In this document: in pieces, positions 1 to 9,280 of the stretch | Layout of the letters: every line of letters starts with the position of its first letter | Position numbering within the stretch: the stretch's first letter is position 1 | IMG/VR virus record: IMGVR_UViG_3300009158_000031 | Coordinates: 1-64,000 of that record | Direction: 5' to 3' (one strand) | DNA length: 64,000 bases | Notes under the pieces: model-generated | Told to the model about the DNA's origin: nothing | The model's input: only the letters and a program-made list of their open reading frames with translations | The model's database searches: none | Program-made: the position numbers and the translations under genes

Positions 1-200
1 CTTGAAAACCTAATCCACTTGGACCTTGAATACCTTGAAGACCAGTAGTTCCAATTGTACCTTGATATCCTTGAAAACCTAATCCACTTGGACCTTGAAT
101 ACCTTGAAGACCAGTAGTTCCAATTGTACCTTGATATCCTTGAGCGCCTAATCCACTCGGACCTTGAATACCCTGAGCACCAGTAGTTCCAGAAGCTCCA
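1..200. repeat. 69-bp tandem duplication (23-aa unit) within the collagen gene
   Basis: Positions 1-69 recur at 70-138, with a diverged third copy from 139. Confidence 0.85.
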
Positions 201-676
201 GCACCTTGATATCCTTGAAAACCTAATCCACTCGGACCTTGAATACCTTGAATACCAGTAGTTCCGGAAGGTCCGGCAATACCATCTGGACCTTGACGTC
301 CTTGTCGACCTTGATTACCAGTTAAACCGATAGGTCCTTGTAAACCTTGAAGTCCAGTACCTACAGAACCTTGATATCCTTGATCTCCTTTAGCTCCTTG
401 AACACCAGATCCTTGATTACCTTGATAACCCTGATCACCTTTAGCACCTTGATAACCTTGATAACCCTGAGATCCTTTAGCTCCTTGTACACCTTGATAA
501 CCTTGAGATCCTATACCTGGACCTTGTACCCCTTGAAATCCAGTAGCTCCTTGAAAACCTAATCCACTTGGACCTTGCGATCCAGTTAAGCCTTCCGAAC
601 CAGTCGAACCTTGAAATCCTTGAAATCCAAGTTCAACAAGTAATCCATTTTGTGGGGATCTTGTACCTATTGCCAT
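1..676 (-). CDS. Collagen-like (G-X-Q repeat) fibre protein, runs off the left edge
   Basis: Not in the ORF track. ATG at 676 (minus) reads MAIGTRSPQNGLLVELGFQGFQGSTGSEGLTGSQGPSGLGFQ..., with Gly-X-Y repeats open to position 1. Confidence 0.9.
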   Translation of the reverse strand, partial: MAIGTRSPQNGLLVELGFQGFQGSTGSEGLTGSQGPSGLGFQGATGFQGVQGPGIGSQGYQGVQGAKGSQGYQGYQGAKGDQGYQGNQGSGVQGAKGDQGYQGSVGTGLQGLQGPIGLTGNQGRQGRQGPDGIAGPSGTTGIQGIQGPSGLGFQGYQGAGASGTTGAQGIQGPSGLGAQGYQGTIGTTGLQGIQGPSGLGFQGYQGTIGTTGLQGIQGPSGLGFQ

Positions 677-700
677 TGTTAATATACTTTGATATTTTAT

Positions 701-708
701 TATCTATC
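701..708 (-). promoter_or_regulatory. Putative late promoter (GATAGATA) for the collagen gene
   Basis: Variant of the RATAWATA motif seen upstream of many structural genes. Confidence 0.45.
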
Positions 709-779
709 TCCGGATAAAGAGTTGTTTTTTCGTGGGATGAAAGAAATTTTTATTTGTTTTTATGTGAGAACTGGGTAAT

Positions 780-837
780 AATGTTAATAACTTTTTGTGC
801 TAAAATTTTTTTATACCAACCTTTTTTATTATATTTG
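780..837 (+). promoter_or_regulatory. Bacteroidota-type sigma promoter (early/middle) with upstream TGTTAATAAC box
   Basis: TATATTTG at 830-837 fits the Bacteroidota -7 consensus TAnnTTTG. The same architecture recurs at about 3090 and 21474. Confidence 0.75.
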
Positions 838-862
838 TATATACAATTTAAAACATATACAT

Positions 863-1393
863 ATGACACAATTACAATGTACAAGGTTTTCTTTAATAAA
901 GAATACCAAGCCATTAGGCACCGAAGATTTGCTAACAGTTTTAAACGAAATTGCATCTGACAAATACAAAGTTCAAATCGAAGAAATTCGTAAAGCCGAA
1001 AATCCTTCAAAATCTCCTTTGAAAGATAAACTTCCATTATTTACACCGACCGGTATCTTCTCTCATCGTTCAATGGCCGGACTAGAATCTTACAATGGTA
1101 TTATATGCCTCGATATTGATGGTGTATCAAATCCACAAGAACTAAAAGAAAAAGCAAAAACATTACATTGGGTATATGCTGCTTTTATTACTCCTTCTGG
1201 CCAAGGACTTAAAGTTCTAGTAAAAACTAATGCAACTTCCGAAACCTACAAACAAACCGAAATTCTGGTTGCCGAAGCATTTTTTAATATAACCGGTTCA
1301 TCTCGAGATAATCACTGCAAAGATATTGCAAGAATTCAATTCGTTTCACACGATCCAGATATTTACATTAACGAACATTCTGTAACATTTTAA
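863..1393 (+). CDS. BT4734/BF3469-like (VirE N-terminal, primase-like) protein
   Basis: Motifs LKDKLPLFTPTGIF, YNGIICLDID, FITPSGQGLK and DNHCKDIARIQFVSHDP. Start moved to ATG 863, downstream of the promoter. Confidence 0.8.
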   Translation: MTQLQCTRFSLIKNTKPLGTEDLLTVLNEIASDKYKVQIEEIRKAENPSKSPLKDKLPLFTPTGIFSHRSMAGLESYNGIICLDIDGVSNPQELKEKAKTLHWVYAAFITPSGQGLKVLVKTNATSETYKQTEILVAEAFFNITGSSRDNHCKDIARIQFVSHDPDIYINEHSVTF

Positions 1394-1436
1394 TTAATCA
1401 AATCAATAGAAAACATCATATAAAATAAAACACAAT

Positions 1437-1730
1437 ATGTATACCGAATCTACATTAGATCCTGCTGCTAAATCAGTATTGGAACACTTAAAATCAAATT
1501 GCGAAGAAGAAATTAAGATGATTGAAGATTGTATTAAGCTACGTCTTCATATGTCAAATGGTCTTACATCGAAAGAAAGAGAACAAAATCTTTTTGATCC
1601 ATTTCAACTACAACTAGTTATTCATGATACTTATGATTTAGAAATGCATGCATATGACGTTGGTGCATGGGAAACGCAAAAACAAACATTAGATACAATT
1701 AATCAATTATTAGAATATGAAGTCGAATAA
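1437..1730 (+). CDS. Hypothetical protein
   Basis: ORF in the operon with an A-rich upstream region. Confidence 0.7.
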   Translation: MYTESTLDPAAKSVLEHLKSNCEEEIKMIEDCIKLRLHMSNGLTSKEREQNLFDPFQLQLVIHDTYDLEMHAYDVGAWETQKQTLDTINQLLEYEVE

Positions 1731-2208
1731 ATCAAGAATTATACTATGCGGTAAAGCTGCATCAGGAAAAGATCATCTTCGAAAAATCCTCGAAGGTCGC
1801 GGTTTTAAGTATGGTGTATCTTATACTACTCGTCCACCACGTCAAGGAGAAATTGATGGTAAAGATTATTTCTTTTTAGAAGAATCTGAATTTAACGATC
1901 TAATCGAACAAAATTTCTTCTATGAATATGTAACCTTTAATGGTTGGTTCTATGGAACATCAAAAGATCAATGGTATAACACCGATGATATATTCATTAT
2001 GACTCCTTCAGGTATTCGCAAGCTACATGCAGCCGATAGAAAATCTTCGTTTATCATTTGTATTGATATTCCTAGAGAAACCAGAAAAGCTAGATTAACT
2101 GAAAGAAATGATACGGCAGATTCTATTGATCGTCGATTAGATGCAGATGATCGAGATTTTGAAGGATTTAACGATTTTGATATCGTAATCAACAATGAAA
2201 ATTTTTAA
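1717..2208 (+). CDS. gmk: Guanylate kinase
   Basis: P-loop GKAASGKD, plus SYTTRPPRQGEIDGKDYFF and FYGT. Confidence 0.9.
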   Translation: MKSNKSRIILCGKAASGKDHLRKILEGRGFKYGVSYTTRPPRQGEIDGKDYFFLEESEFNDLIEQNFFYEYVTFNGWFYGTSKDQWYNTDDIFIMTPSGIRKLHAADRKSSFIICIDIPRETRKARLTERNDTADSIDRRLDADDRDFEGFNDFDIVINNENF

Positions 2209-2212
2209 ATAT

Positions 2213-2644
2213 ATGGAAAAGAAATCAAAAAAACCAAGTTGGAACGAAATTATACATCGTCCACAATTACCAGAAGGATGGAGTGTTATCGAACAACAAA
2301 CATCTCTTAAATGTTCAACCACCAATTTTGTTAGATGGGGAAAAACTCATCATAATGGACAACCTGAAAGAATTTGGGTAGTATTAGTGGAACATAATCC
2401 TGAATATTACGCTGTACCTTTCGTTGTTCGAGGAGGATTACATGCTAAAGGTCCTTCAGGATTAAGTTACTTTCAAGACATTAAATCAGCAACAGAATGC
2501 TTGGTTATTATTATGGAAGCTACTGATCGTTGGATTGAAGAAATCAACTCAGAGAAATATATCAAAGCTTACAATGATAAAATTGAAGCTGCGATTAAAG
2601 CTGACGAAAAACGAAGAAAGGATTCATCCGAACTTTATGCATAA
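2213..2644 (+). CDS. Hypothetical protein
   Basis: ORF; the ATG just after the gmk stop is the preferred start. Confidence 0.7.
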   Translation: MEKKSKKPSWNEIIHRPQLPEGWSVIEQQTSLKCSTTNFVRWGKTHHNGQPERIWVVLVEHNPEYYAVPFVVRGGLHAKGPSGLSYFQDIKSATECLVIIMEATDRWIEEINSEKYIKAYNDKIEAAIKADEKRRKDSSELYA

Positions 2645-3086
2645 TTATTTAGTAGTATCTCAGAGTGGAGATTTTGGCTTAAACAAGCAATTAGCTCTAA
2701 AGGTAATGAGTATATTGAAGATGGAACATGGAAAAGATTCTGTCTATATAAATGCATCTGGCTTTACTAAAGCGGATTATGCATTTAATAAGATTATATT
2801 CATTATTCCTGAATGGAATGGAACATATCCATATCTATTCAAACAAATCATCGATAATTCAGAATGGCCTTCTCTTTTAGATAAAAAGAAAGTTCTGCTT
2901 ATTGGTACATCAAATGGTAAATTTGGTAATGTTATGGGAGTCAATCACTTTGAGTATACTCTTAATTATGTCGGTTCTTCCGTCTTTACGAAGAAGGTTT
3001 ATGTACCTAAATTAACAGAAAATATAGAAAACGAAGAGTATATAGGTTATCTAAAAGATGTACTATTAGAGTTCCATTTAGCATAA
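2637..3086 (+). CDS. NAD(P)H-dependent FMN reductase (flavodoxin-like)
   Basis: IIPEWNGTYPYLFKQIID and KKVLLIGTSNGKFG resemble the PEYNxSxPxxLKxxxD family motif. Confidence 0.75.
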   Translation: MHNYLVVSQSGDFGLNKQLALKVMSILKMEHGKDSVYINASGFTKADYAFNKIIFIIPEWNGTYPYLFKQIIDNSEWPSLLDKKKVLLIGTSNGKFGNVMGVNHFEYTLNYVGSSVFTKKVYVPKLTENIENEEYIGYLKDVLLEFHLA

Positions 3087-3088
3087 AA

Positions 3089-3156
3089 ATGTTAATAACT
3101 TTCCGAAAATAAATGTCAAAAAAGTTTTTTATTCCACAAAAAAGTATTATATTTGT
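3089..3156 (+). promoter_or_regulatory. Bacteroidota-type promoter, near-identical to 21473-21540
   Basis: TGTTAATAAC...TTTTTTATTCCACAAAAAAGTATTATATTTGT, with TAnnTTTG at 3148-3155. Confidence 0.8.
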
Positions 3157-3176
3157 ATATACAAAATAATCAAATA

Positions 3177-5075
3177 ATGAACATACGAGAAAAAGAAAAT
3201 TTATACCTTTTAGCCAAAACTAAATATTACGAAGGTGAACCTATTCTATCCGATTTCGAATTCGATAATCTCGAAGATGAATTAAAGCTAGAAAATTCTC
3301 AAGTAATTAAAATTGTAGGTTCTCAAGATCTAAAGGATATTAAGTTTAATCACGTATCTCCTATGCTTTCGTTAAACAAAATTCAAGTTCAACGAAACGA
3401 ATCAATCACTGTTGCTAATACTAAATATCTTACATGGTTAACTGCCAATCAAAGTAATACTTCCTTACAAATGGAAGCTACTCCTAAATTCGATGGTTCT
3501 TCTTGTAATTTGATTTACGAAAATGGTAAACTAACTCTCGCATTAACTCGTGGTGATGGTGCTAAAGGCCAAAATATTATTGAAAAAATGAAATTGATTG
3601 TACCTAATACAATCTCTTCAAAAGATAAAATCGAAATTCGAGGTGAAGTGGTTATTCCAGTAACTACGTTCGATTCTAAATATGCCGCAATATATAAAAA
3701 TCCACGAAACTTCGTTGCTGGTATTCTAGGTAGGGATATCGTCGATACCTCAATTATTTCAGATTTTCATTTTATAGCATTCGAATGCAGAATTCATACA
3801 AACACATCTCAACACCATTCAAACACTCTACAATTCTTAATCGATAATCAATTCAGAACTACACCAAAAATGATTATGTTCGATAAATTCGAATATGCTT
3901 ATAATGAAATACATAATTATCGAACAAACGGTTCACCTTACCAATTAGATGGTATGGTTATTAAATTCCCAGAAAATTTAAGAAATGTAATTGGCGAAAC
4001 CGATTATGCACCTAAATGGGCAGTAGCAATTAAATTTCCTCCAAAGGAATCTATTACCACAATCAAAAAAATTATATGGAACGTTGGTATATCTTCTGAA
4101 TTTACACCAGTTGCAGTACTCGATCCAATCGATTTAGATGGAACTATCGTTTCAAATGTTAATCTTCATAATTATGGTAATGTAATACGTCAAGGTTTAC
4201 TTCCAGGTGCTCAAGTAATTATCGTAAAATCTGGTGATATCATTCCTATCGTTCAAAAAGTTATTAAACCTTCTACTGAATCTATCGAAAAATATCTACC
4301 TTCTCCGTGTTCTTCTCAATGTAAAATTGAAGTACAAGGTAATATTCACTTAGTATGTACAAATCCTACATGTCCTAACAAATCAATTCTACAATTAATG
4401 CGAGGAATTGGTACCTTCGGTTTTCGAAATGTAGCCGGATCTACGATTAAGAAAATTCACAAAGCAGGTATACAATCAATACATGATATATTCGATAATT
4501 CTAAATTCAACGAACAAAAACTAATTGAAAGTGGCGAATTTAAAAAAGGAAGATCGCTAGAAATTCTTCTTAATTCTCGAAATAATCCAGAAAGAAAAAT
4601 AACGCTTCCCCTGGTTATTGCATCGTTATCCTTCGATAACGTTGGATTTTCTACTGCTACACAAATAGCTAAGTTATTCGAAAACAAAACACCTGATTGG
4701 ACCGGATTATCATCTGCATCTTATTTACCTTTCTTAAATAAACAATCTACTGAATATCTATCAGTTCTTCGCTTAATACAAACTCTAGAATCTAATGGAT
4801 TTGCAATACAAAGCGAAGAAGTTCGTACAATTTCAGTAAATTCAATTATCTTTGAAATGACCGGATCACCAAAACCTTATGGATTTAAAACCAAGGAAGA
4901 TTTCTTAAAGTTAATTACCAACAATGGTTATTCTCATGGTGATCTTAATGATAAATGCAAAATATTAATTACTGACGATATCAATTCAAATTCATCTAAA
5001 ATGACAAAAGCTAAAAAGTTAGGTGTTGAAATCATGACTTATGAAGATATTCTTAATAAAATCAAGAATATATAA
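3177..5075 (+). CDS. ligA: NAD-dependent DNA ligase
   Basis: KxDG motif (PKFDG), TRGDG, RGEV, NPRN, DGMVIK, PKWAVAIKF, a Cys4 Zn finger and a C-terminal BRCT domain. Confidence 0.95.
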   Translation: MNIREKENLYLLAKTKYYEGEPILSDFEFDNLEDELKLENSQVIKIVGSQDLKDIKFNHVSPMLSLNKIQVQRNESITVANTKYLTWLTANQSNTSLQMEATPKFDGSSCNLIYENGKLTLALTRGDGAKGQNIIEKMKLIVPNTISSKDKIEIRGEVVIPVTTFDSKYAAIYKNPRNFVAGILGRDIVDTSIISDFHFIAFECRIHTNTSQHHSNTLQFLIDNQFRTTPKMIMFDKFEYAYNEIHNYRTNGSPYQLDGMVIKFPENLRNVIGETDYAPKWAVAIKFPPKESITTIKKIIWNVGISSEFTPVAVLDPIDLDGTIVSNVNLHNYGNVIRQGLLPGAQVIIVKSGDIIPIVQKVIKPSTESIEKYLPSPCSSQCKIEVQGNIHLVCTNPTCPNKSILQLMRGIGTFGFRNVAGSTIKKIHKAGIQSIHDIFDNSKFNEQKLIESGEFKKGRSLEILLNSRNNPERKITLPLVIASLSFDNVGFSTATQIAKLFENKTPDWTGLSSASYLPFLNKQSTEYLSVLRLIQTLESNGFAIQSEEVRTISVNSIIFEMTGSPKPYGFKTKEDFLKLITNNGYSHGDLNDKCKILITDDINSNSSKMTKAKKLGVEIMTYEDILNKIKNI

Positions 5076-5083
5076 CTAACAAC

Positions 5084-5425
5084 ATGAACAAGCTACCTAC
5101 ATATCAAGAGTTCTTAAATGAATCATTAGTTATCCTTTCTTTGAAAGGTATAATGAAGAATGAATTTATGAACAATATAGAACTTAAGCAAGAGTTCGAA
5201 ACCGCTAGAAGATTATTCTTCGACAATGGTTCATGTTTATTCGATCACATTGAAGGCGATCGATTTACGCTAAGAACGCATTCTACATTCGAAACTTCGG
5301 ATATGGATGCACTCATTACAAAGATCAACGACGAAATTGAAAGGTTTTCTTTCAAGAGAGTCGGTCCGGCTAAAAAGAATATCATTAAAGAAAATCTTTG
5401 GTCTCTTAAAGCCAAACTTAATTGA
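5084..5425 (+). CDS. Putative internal head protein with a capsid-targeting N-terminus
   Basis: MNKLPTYQEFLNE resembles T4 IP MKTYQEFIAE. Late motif AATATATA at 5067-5074. Confidence 0.6.
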   Translation: MNKLPTYQEFLNESLVILSLKGIMKNEFMNNIELKQEFETARRLFFDNGSCLFDHIEGDRFTLRTHSTFETSDMDALITKINDEIERFSFKRVGPAKKNIIKENLWSLKAKLN

Positions 5426-5473
5426 TACTTTTTAATCATTTCATTCATTTAATTATTATTAATCCCACAAAAC

Positions 5474-6184
5474 ATGACAAAATACTTTAAGTATTCTGAC
5501 TTTGAGCAAGCGTTTCTTTGCATTAATGGCGAAATAATTACCAATCCTGAATATCGTTCAACTTCTCGATTAGGTGATATGTTAGAAATTCAAAGTCTTA
5601 CATATGAAGTTGCAGATCCAACAACATATAAATTCACAAACGAAAACATCGGCAGATTAAATTACGATTATGCAGATACATTTTATCAATGGATGATATC
5701 TGGATCTACTGATAATGAAGCACTTCTTAAAGATTATCCTAATGTTGCAAGATTCATGGAAAAACCTAAATCTCCTGATCTTCCAGCAAATTTCAATACA
5801 TTCTATGGTCCTCGTATTCTAGAACAACTACCTCACGTTATCAAAGAACTTAAAGATCATCCTGATACTCGTCGAGCAGTAATTTCTATCCTTGATAAAA
5901 GTGATGTACTTCTTCTCGATAAACCAAATGAAACTCTTGAATTTCCTTGTTGTGATTCTGCAACATTCTCTATTCGTGAAGGTAAGCTGAATATTCACTT
6001 ACATATGCGTTCACAAAATATAGGTCAAGTACTTAAGCTGGATATGTATCTATGGGGTAGATTTCAAACGCAAATTGCTGAAGAATTAGGTTTACCTGTT
6101 GGTAGATTCGTTTCAACTGTAGTTTCTGCTCATGTATTCGAAAAAGATATTGCTTACTTAAATGACTTAATTATTAATTCGTAA
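5474..6184 (+). CDS. Thymidylate-synthase-fold dCMP-modifying enzyme (gp42-like, atypical)
   Basis: Motifs YGPRI, DTRRAV, catalytic PC, MRS and SAH. Asp occupies the cytosine-specificity position (RSQNIGQVLKLD). Confidence 0.85.
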   Translation: MTKYFKYSDFEQAFLCINGEIITNPEYRSTSRLGDMLEIQSLTYEVADPTTYKFTNENIGRLNYDYADTFYQWMISGSTDNEALLKDYPNVARFMEKPKSPDLPANFNTFYGPRILEQLPHVIKELKDHPDTRRAVISILDKSDVLLLDKPNETLEFPCCDSATFSIREGKLNIHLHMRSQNIGQVLKLDMYLWGRFQTQIAEELGLPVGRFVSTVVSAHVFEKDIAYLNDLIINS

Positions 6185-6194
6185 ATCCAAACAA

Positions 6195-7511
6195 ATGAAA
6201 GATAAAAAACTCCAAGTATTCTATGCAGTTCAAGTATCAAACTTTACATTAGTAAATGGCAAACCTAAATGGTTATTGCGAAATGATGCATGCACTAACA
6301 TTGCAATCGGAATCATCTCTACGGTTTTAAAGAGATATCCTGATCAATTCAAATTTTTAATTAAACTTCCTTCTGCTTATGATACAGTAGATGTGGTTCA
6401 ATTAGAAGATCTATTTAAACCAGAATTTCATAAAGATATCGAATTTCTTATTGATGATATCCCTCATTCTCCAGTAACTAGTCGCTATCATTTCGATATG
6501 CAACGATATCTCGTTCATCCTGAATATGCAAAAGCTTTCAGCGAAGTAGATCTTATGATTAATGATGAAAATACATTAACGAAGAATTGGCGAGTACTTT
6601 TCAATGAAATGAAATTAACCATCCCAATCATTTCTACGAATTATTTCCTCGATTCACCTATCGCAAATAAAGTTCCAGAAAAACTTCGTTATTATGAACG
6701 TCAAATGGAATCTTTTATTACATCGGATATTGCTGCATTTCAATGCGAAGCTGGCAGAGTCGAAGCTATGGAAGCTTATGATGTTTTATTTAAGACTCGT
6801 GAGATTCTAGCTCCTCAATCCGTATGGGGTGTTGGTGCACATTATGCCGAAATCGAAGAATATCATACAGATAAAAAATTCGAGATACCTACAATTTACT
6901 TTGGCAATCGTATTTCGGATACTGCAAATCGTTATACTAATTATGATACATTCGCCGAAGCAATTGGTATTCTATCGACTATCACCGATAAACCATTTCG
7001 AGCAGTAATGCTTAATCCAACTCGTAAAGTTACTGCCGATCAATTGAATTTAATTGCAGATCTATCTAAACATCAAGTTGAAGTAATGTCTAACGATGAA
7101 AAATTCACTCGTCAAGATTATCTAACATTCATCAACAAATCTCATATTGCTTGTAACCTATTCGTCACCGAAGTTCATGGTGGTGTTACTCATTGTGAAG
7201 CAATGATGGCTAAGAATATTTTGGTAATGCCTAAAGTAAATAATTACTGGCACAAAATGAAAAAGGCTGGTCATGAAGATTATCCTCTATTCACTGCACT
7301 CGATTCAACGAATTCTCATAAACCAGATGCTCGTGATGTAGCAGAAAAATTGAAGATTGCTCTTAATTATATAGATACTCCTATAGAAAATCAATTAAGA
7401 GAATTATGTCATAATGTCGGTTATAAATACGAATCTTACGAATCTGCTTGTGATCGTATCGTAAATGATATACGTTCGCTTGTTCTTCCTATCTTGAATA
7501 ATAAAAACTAA
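6195..7511 (+). CDS. GT-B glycosyltransferase (GT4/alpha-glucosyltransferase-like)
   Basis: C-terminal donor-binding motif EVHGGVTHCEAMMAKNILVMP and YFGNR. Lies in the modification operon. Confidence 0.7.
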   Translation: MKDKKLQVFYAVQVSNFTLVNGKPKWLLRNDACTNIAIGIISTVLKRYPDQFKFLIKLPSAYDTVDVVQLEDLFKPEFHKDIEFLIDDIPHSPVTSRYHFDMQRYLVHPEYAKAFSEVDLMINDENTLTKNWRVLFNEMKLTIPIISTNYFLDSPIANKVPEKLRYYERQMESFITSDIAAFQCEAGRVEAMEAYDVLFKTREILAPQSVWGVGAHYAEIEEYHTDKKFEIPTIYFGNRISDTANRYTNYDTFAEAIGILSTITDKPFRAVMLNPTRKVTADQLNLIADLSKHQVEVMSNDEKFTRQDYLTFINKSHIACNLFVTEVHGGVTHCEAMMAKNILVMPKVNNYWHKMKKAGHEDYPLFTALDSTNSHKPDARDVAEKLKIALNYIDTPIENQLRELCHNVGYKYESYESACDRIVNDIRSLVLPILNNKN

Positions 7512-7520
7512 TTAACAATT

Positions 7521-7555
7521 TGACGAGGAGTAATCATTTGGTTACTCCTTTGTCA
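7521..7555 (+). other. Intergenic stem-loop (weak terminator or processing site)
   Basis: TGACGAGGAGTAATC-ATTT-GGTTACTCCTTTGTCA inverted repeat. Confidence 0.55.
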
Positions 7556-7571
7556 TATAATAATTAAACAT

Positions 7572-8126
7572 ATGGCAAACTTAATTCTACTTGAAGGCTT
7601 ATCCAGAACAGGCAAATCAACTATTTCAAAATCGATTGCTGATGAATTTGGATTTCGTAATTTCTCCATTAAGACTAAGATGCCGGATTATGTACAAAAT
7701 TTACCTGATTTTTATCATGGTATGCACGTTTTAGCAAATGAATTATTCAGATCTTTTCCCCATGAAACTTTCATCTTAGATAGATCTTTTTTATCTGAGA
7801 TGGTTTATTCTCAATTTTTTAACAGACATTCATATATAAATAACGATCAAGTCATTTGCGATTTACTTCTAGATAACAAGTTTATACTTGTACTTCTAGA
7901 TAACAATCATCAAAATTATTTAGATCGTGGACCAAAAGATAAAATCACTTATTCTGAACAAGAATTTATTAAACAGAAAGATCTTTTCCAATGGCACTTC
8001 CATAATTTCCGTGACAAATACGATCCACAATCATGGCGAGATAGATTTTTACACATTGATACATCAATCACAACTCTAGAAGATACAACAAAACAAATTA
8101 AAACAAAGATAAAACAAGTATTATGA
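7572..8126 (+). CDS. dNMP (thymidylate-kinase-like) kinase
   Basis: P-loop LEGLSRTGKST and the ILDRSFLSE motif. Confidence 0.85.
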   Translation: MANLILLEGLSRTGKSTISKSIADEFGFRNFSIKTKMPDYVQNLPDFYHGMHVLANELFRSFPHETFILDRSFLSEMVYSQFFNRHSYINNDQVICDLLLDNKFILVLLDNNHQNYLDRGPKDKITYSEQEFIKQKDLFQWHFHNFRDKYDPQSWRDRFLHIDTSITTLEDTTKQIKTKIKQVL

Positions 8127-9280
8127 AAAATAAAGCAGCGATAGTAACCGGTAGTTCAGGTCTTATTGGTTCGCAAACGGTTAAATCTCTTATTGAAAAG
8201 GGATATTATGTGATTGGCATTGATAATGATATGCGATCATATTTTTTCGGATCCGATGCATCTACTAAAGAATCTGAACAAAAAATGTTATCTGATTATG
8301 GTAGAGAAAAATTCAATCCTGTAAGTATCGATATTCGAGATTATGAAGGATTGGAATTCGTATTCAAATATCTAACAGAAAATATAACTACTCTTCTTGG
8401 AGAACCAGTTGAATTTGATTTTGATTTAGTTGTTCATACCGCAGCACAACCTTCACATGATTGGGCAGCTAAAGAACCTCTAACTGATTTTTCTGTTAAT
8501 GCAATCGGTACCATGAATTTACTAGAATTAACTCGACTATATGCACCAAAAGCAACCTTCATCTTTACTTCGACTAACAAAGTTTATGGTGATACTCCTA
8601 ATCGTTTGAATTTAGTTGAATTGGAAACTCGATATGAAGCAGTATCTAATCTTTCGAAAAATCTTATCGAGGTAGATGAATTTATGTCAATCGACCATAC
8701 TAAACATTCCATCTTCGGTGCATCTAAAGTTGCTGCTGATATTATGGTTCAAGAATATGGAAGATATTTTGGAATGAATACCGTAGTATTTCGAGGTGGT
8801 TGTTTAACTGGACCTAATCATGCAGGTGCTGAACTTCATGGATTCTTATCTTACTTAATCAAATGTATTGTTAATAACAAACCTTATACCATCTTTGGTT
8901 ATAAAGGAAAACAAGTTCGAGATAACATTCATTCATCAGATCTAGTAAATATGTTCTGGCATTATCATCAAAATCCTATTCCAGGTGCAGTGTATAATGC
9001 AGGTGGTGGTCGAGAAAACAGCACATCTATTCTTGAAGCTATCGCAACCACAAATACTATTCTTAAAGAAGAAAATCCTGAACATAAAGATTGGAAGAAT
9101 TTCAAAATCTCCAATGATGCTCGAATCGGTGACCATCAATGGTATATCTCAGATCTAACTAAATTTAAGACTGATTATCCACAATGGCCTGGAATTACAA
9201 TTTCATTAGATGAAACTATTCGTCAAATAATCAAATTTGAACAAACAAAAACAGCTGAAGTACTAAATGAAGCGAATTAA
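8123..9280 (+). CDS. NAD-dependent NDP-sugar epimerase (CDP-paratose 2-epimerase-like SDR)
   Basis: TGSSGLIG, AAQPSHDWAA, STNKVYGD, HSIFGASKVAAD and GKQVRDNIH. Confidence 0.9.
   Translation: MKNKAAIVTGSSGLIGSQTVKSLIEKGYYVIGIDNDMRSYFFGSDASTKESEQKMLSDYGREKFNPVSIDIRDYEGLEFVFKYLTENITTLLGEPVEFDFDLVVHTAAQPSHDWAAKEPLTDFSVNAIGTMNLLELTRLYAPKATFIFTSTNKVYGDTPNRLNLVELETRYEAVSNLSKNLIEVDEFMSIDHTKHSIFGASKVAADIMVQEYGRYFGMNTVVFRGGCLTGPNHAGAELHGFLSYLIKCIVNNKPYTIFGYKGKQVRDNIHSSDLVNMFWHYHQNPIPGAVYNAGGGRENSTSILEAIATTNTILKEENPEHKDWKNFKISNDARIGDHQWYISDLTKFKTDYPQWPGITISLDETIRQIIKFEQTKTAEVLNEAN

Noticed and set aside
347-562. Plus-strand ORF rich in TLI/SLI
   Set aside because: Antisense shadow of the minus-strand collagen repeat.
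750-1037. Short antisense or overlapping ORFs here and throughout the track (e.g. 4457-4687, 41529-41828, 58828-59211)
   Set aside because: They overlap well-supported genes, carry no motifs and have no independent expression signals.
5474-6184. Ordinary thymidylate synthase thyA
   Set aside because: Asp at the specificity position, the altered folate residues and the GT/kinase context argue against dTMP synthesis.
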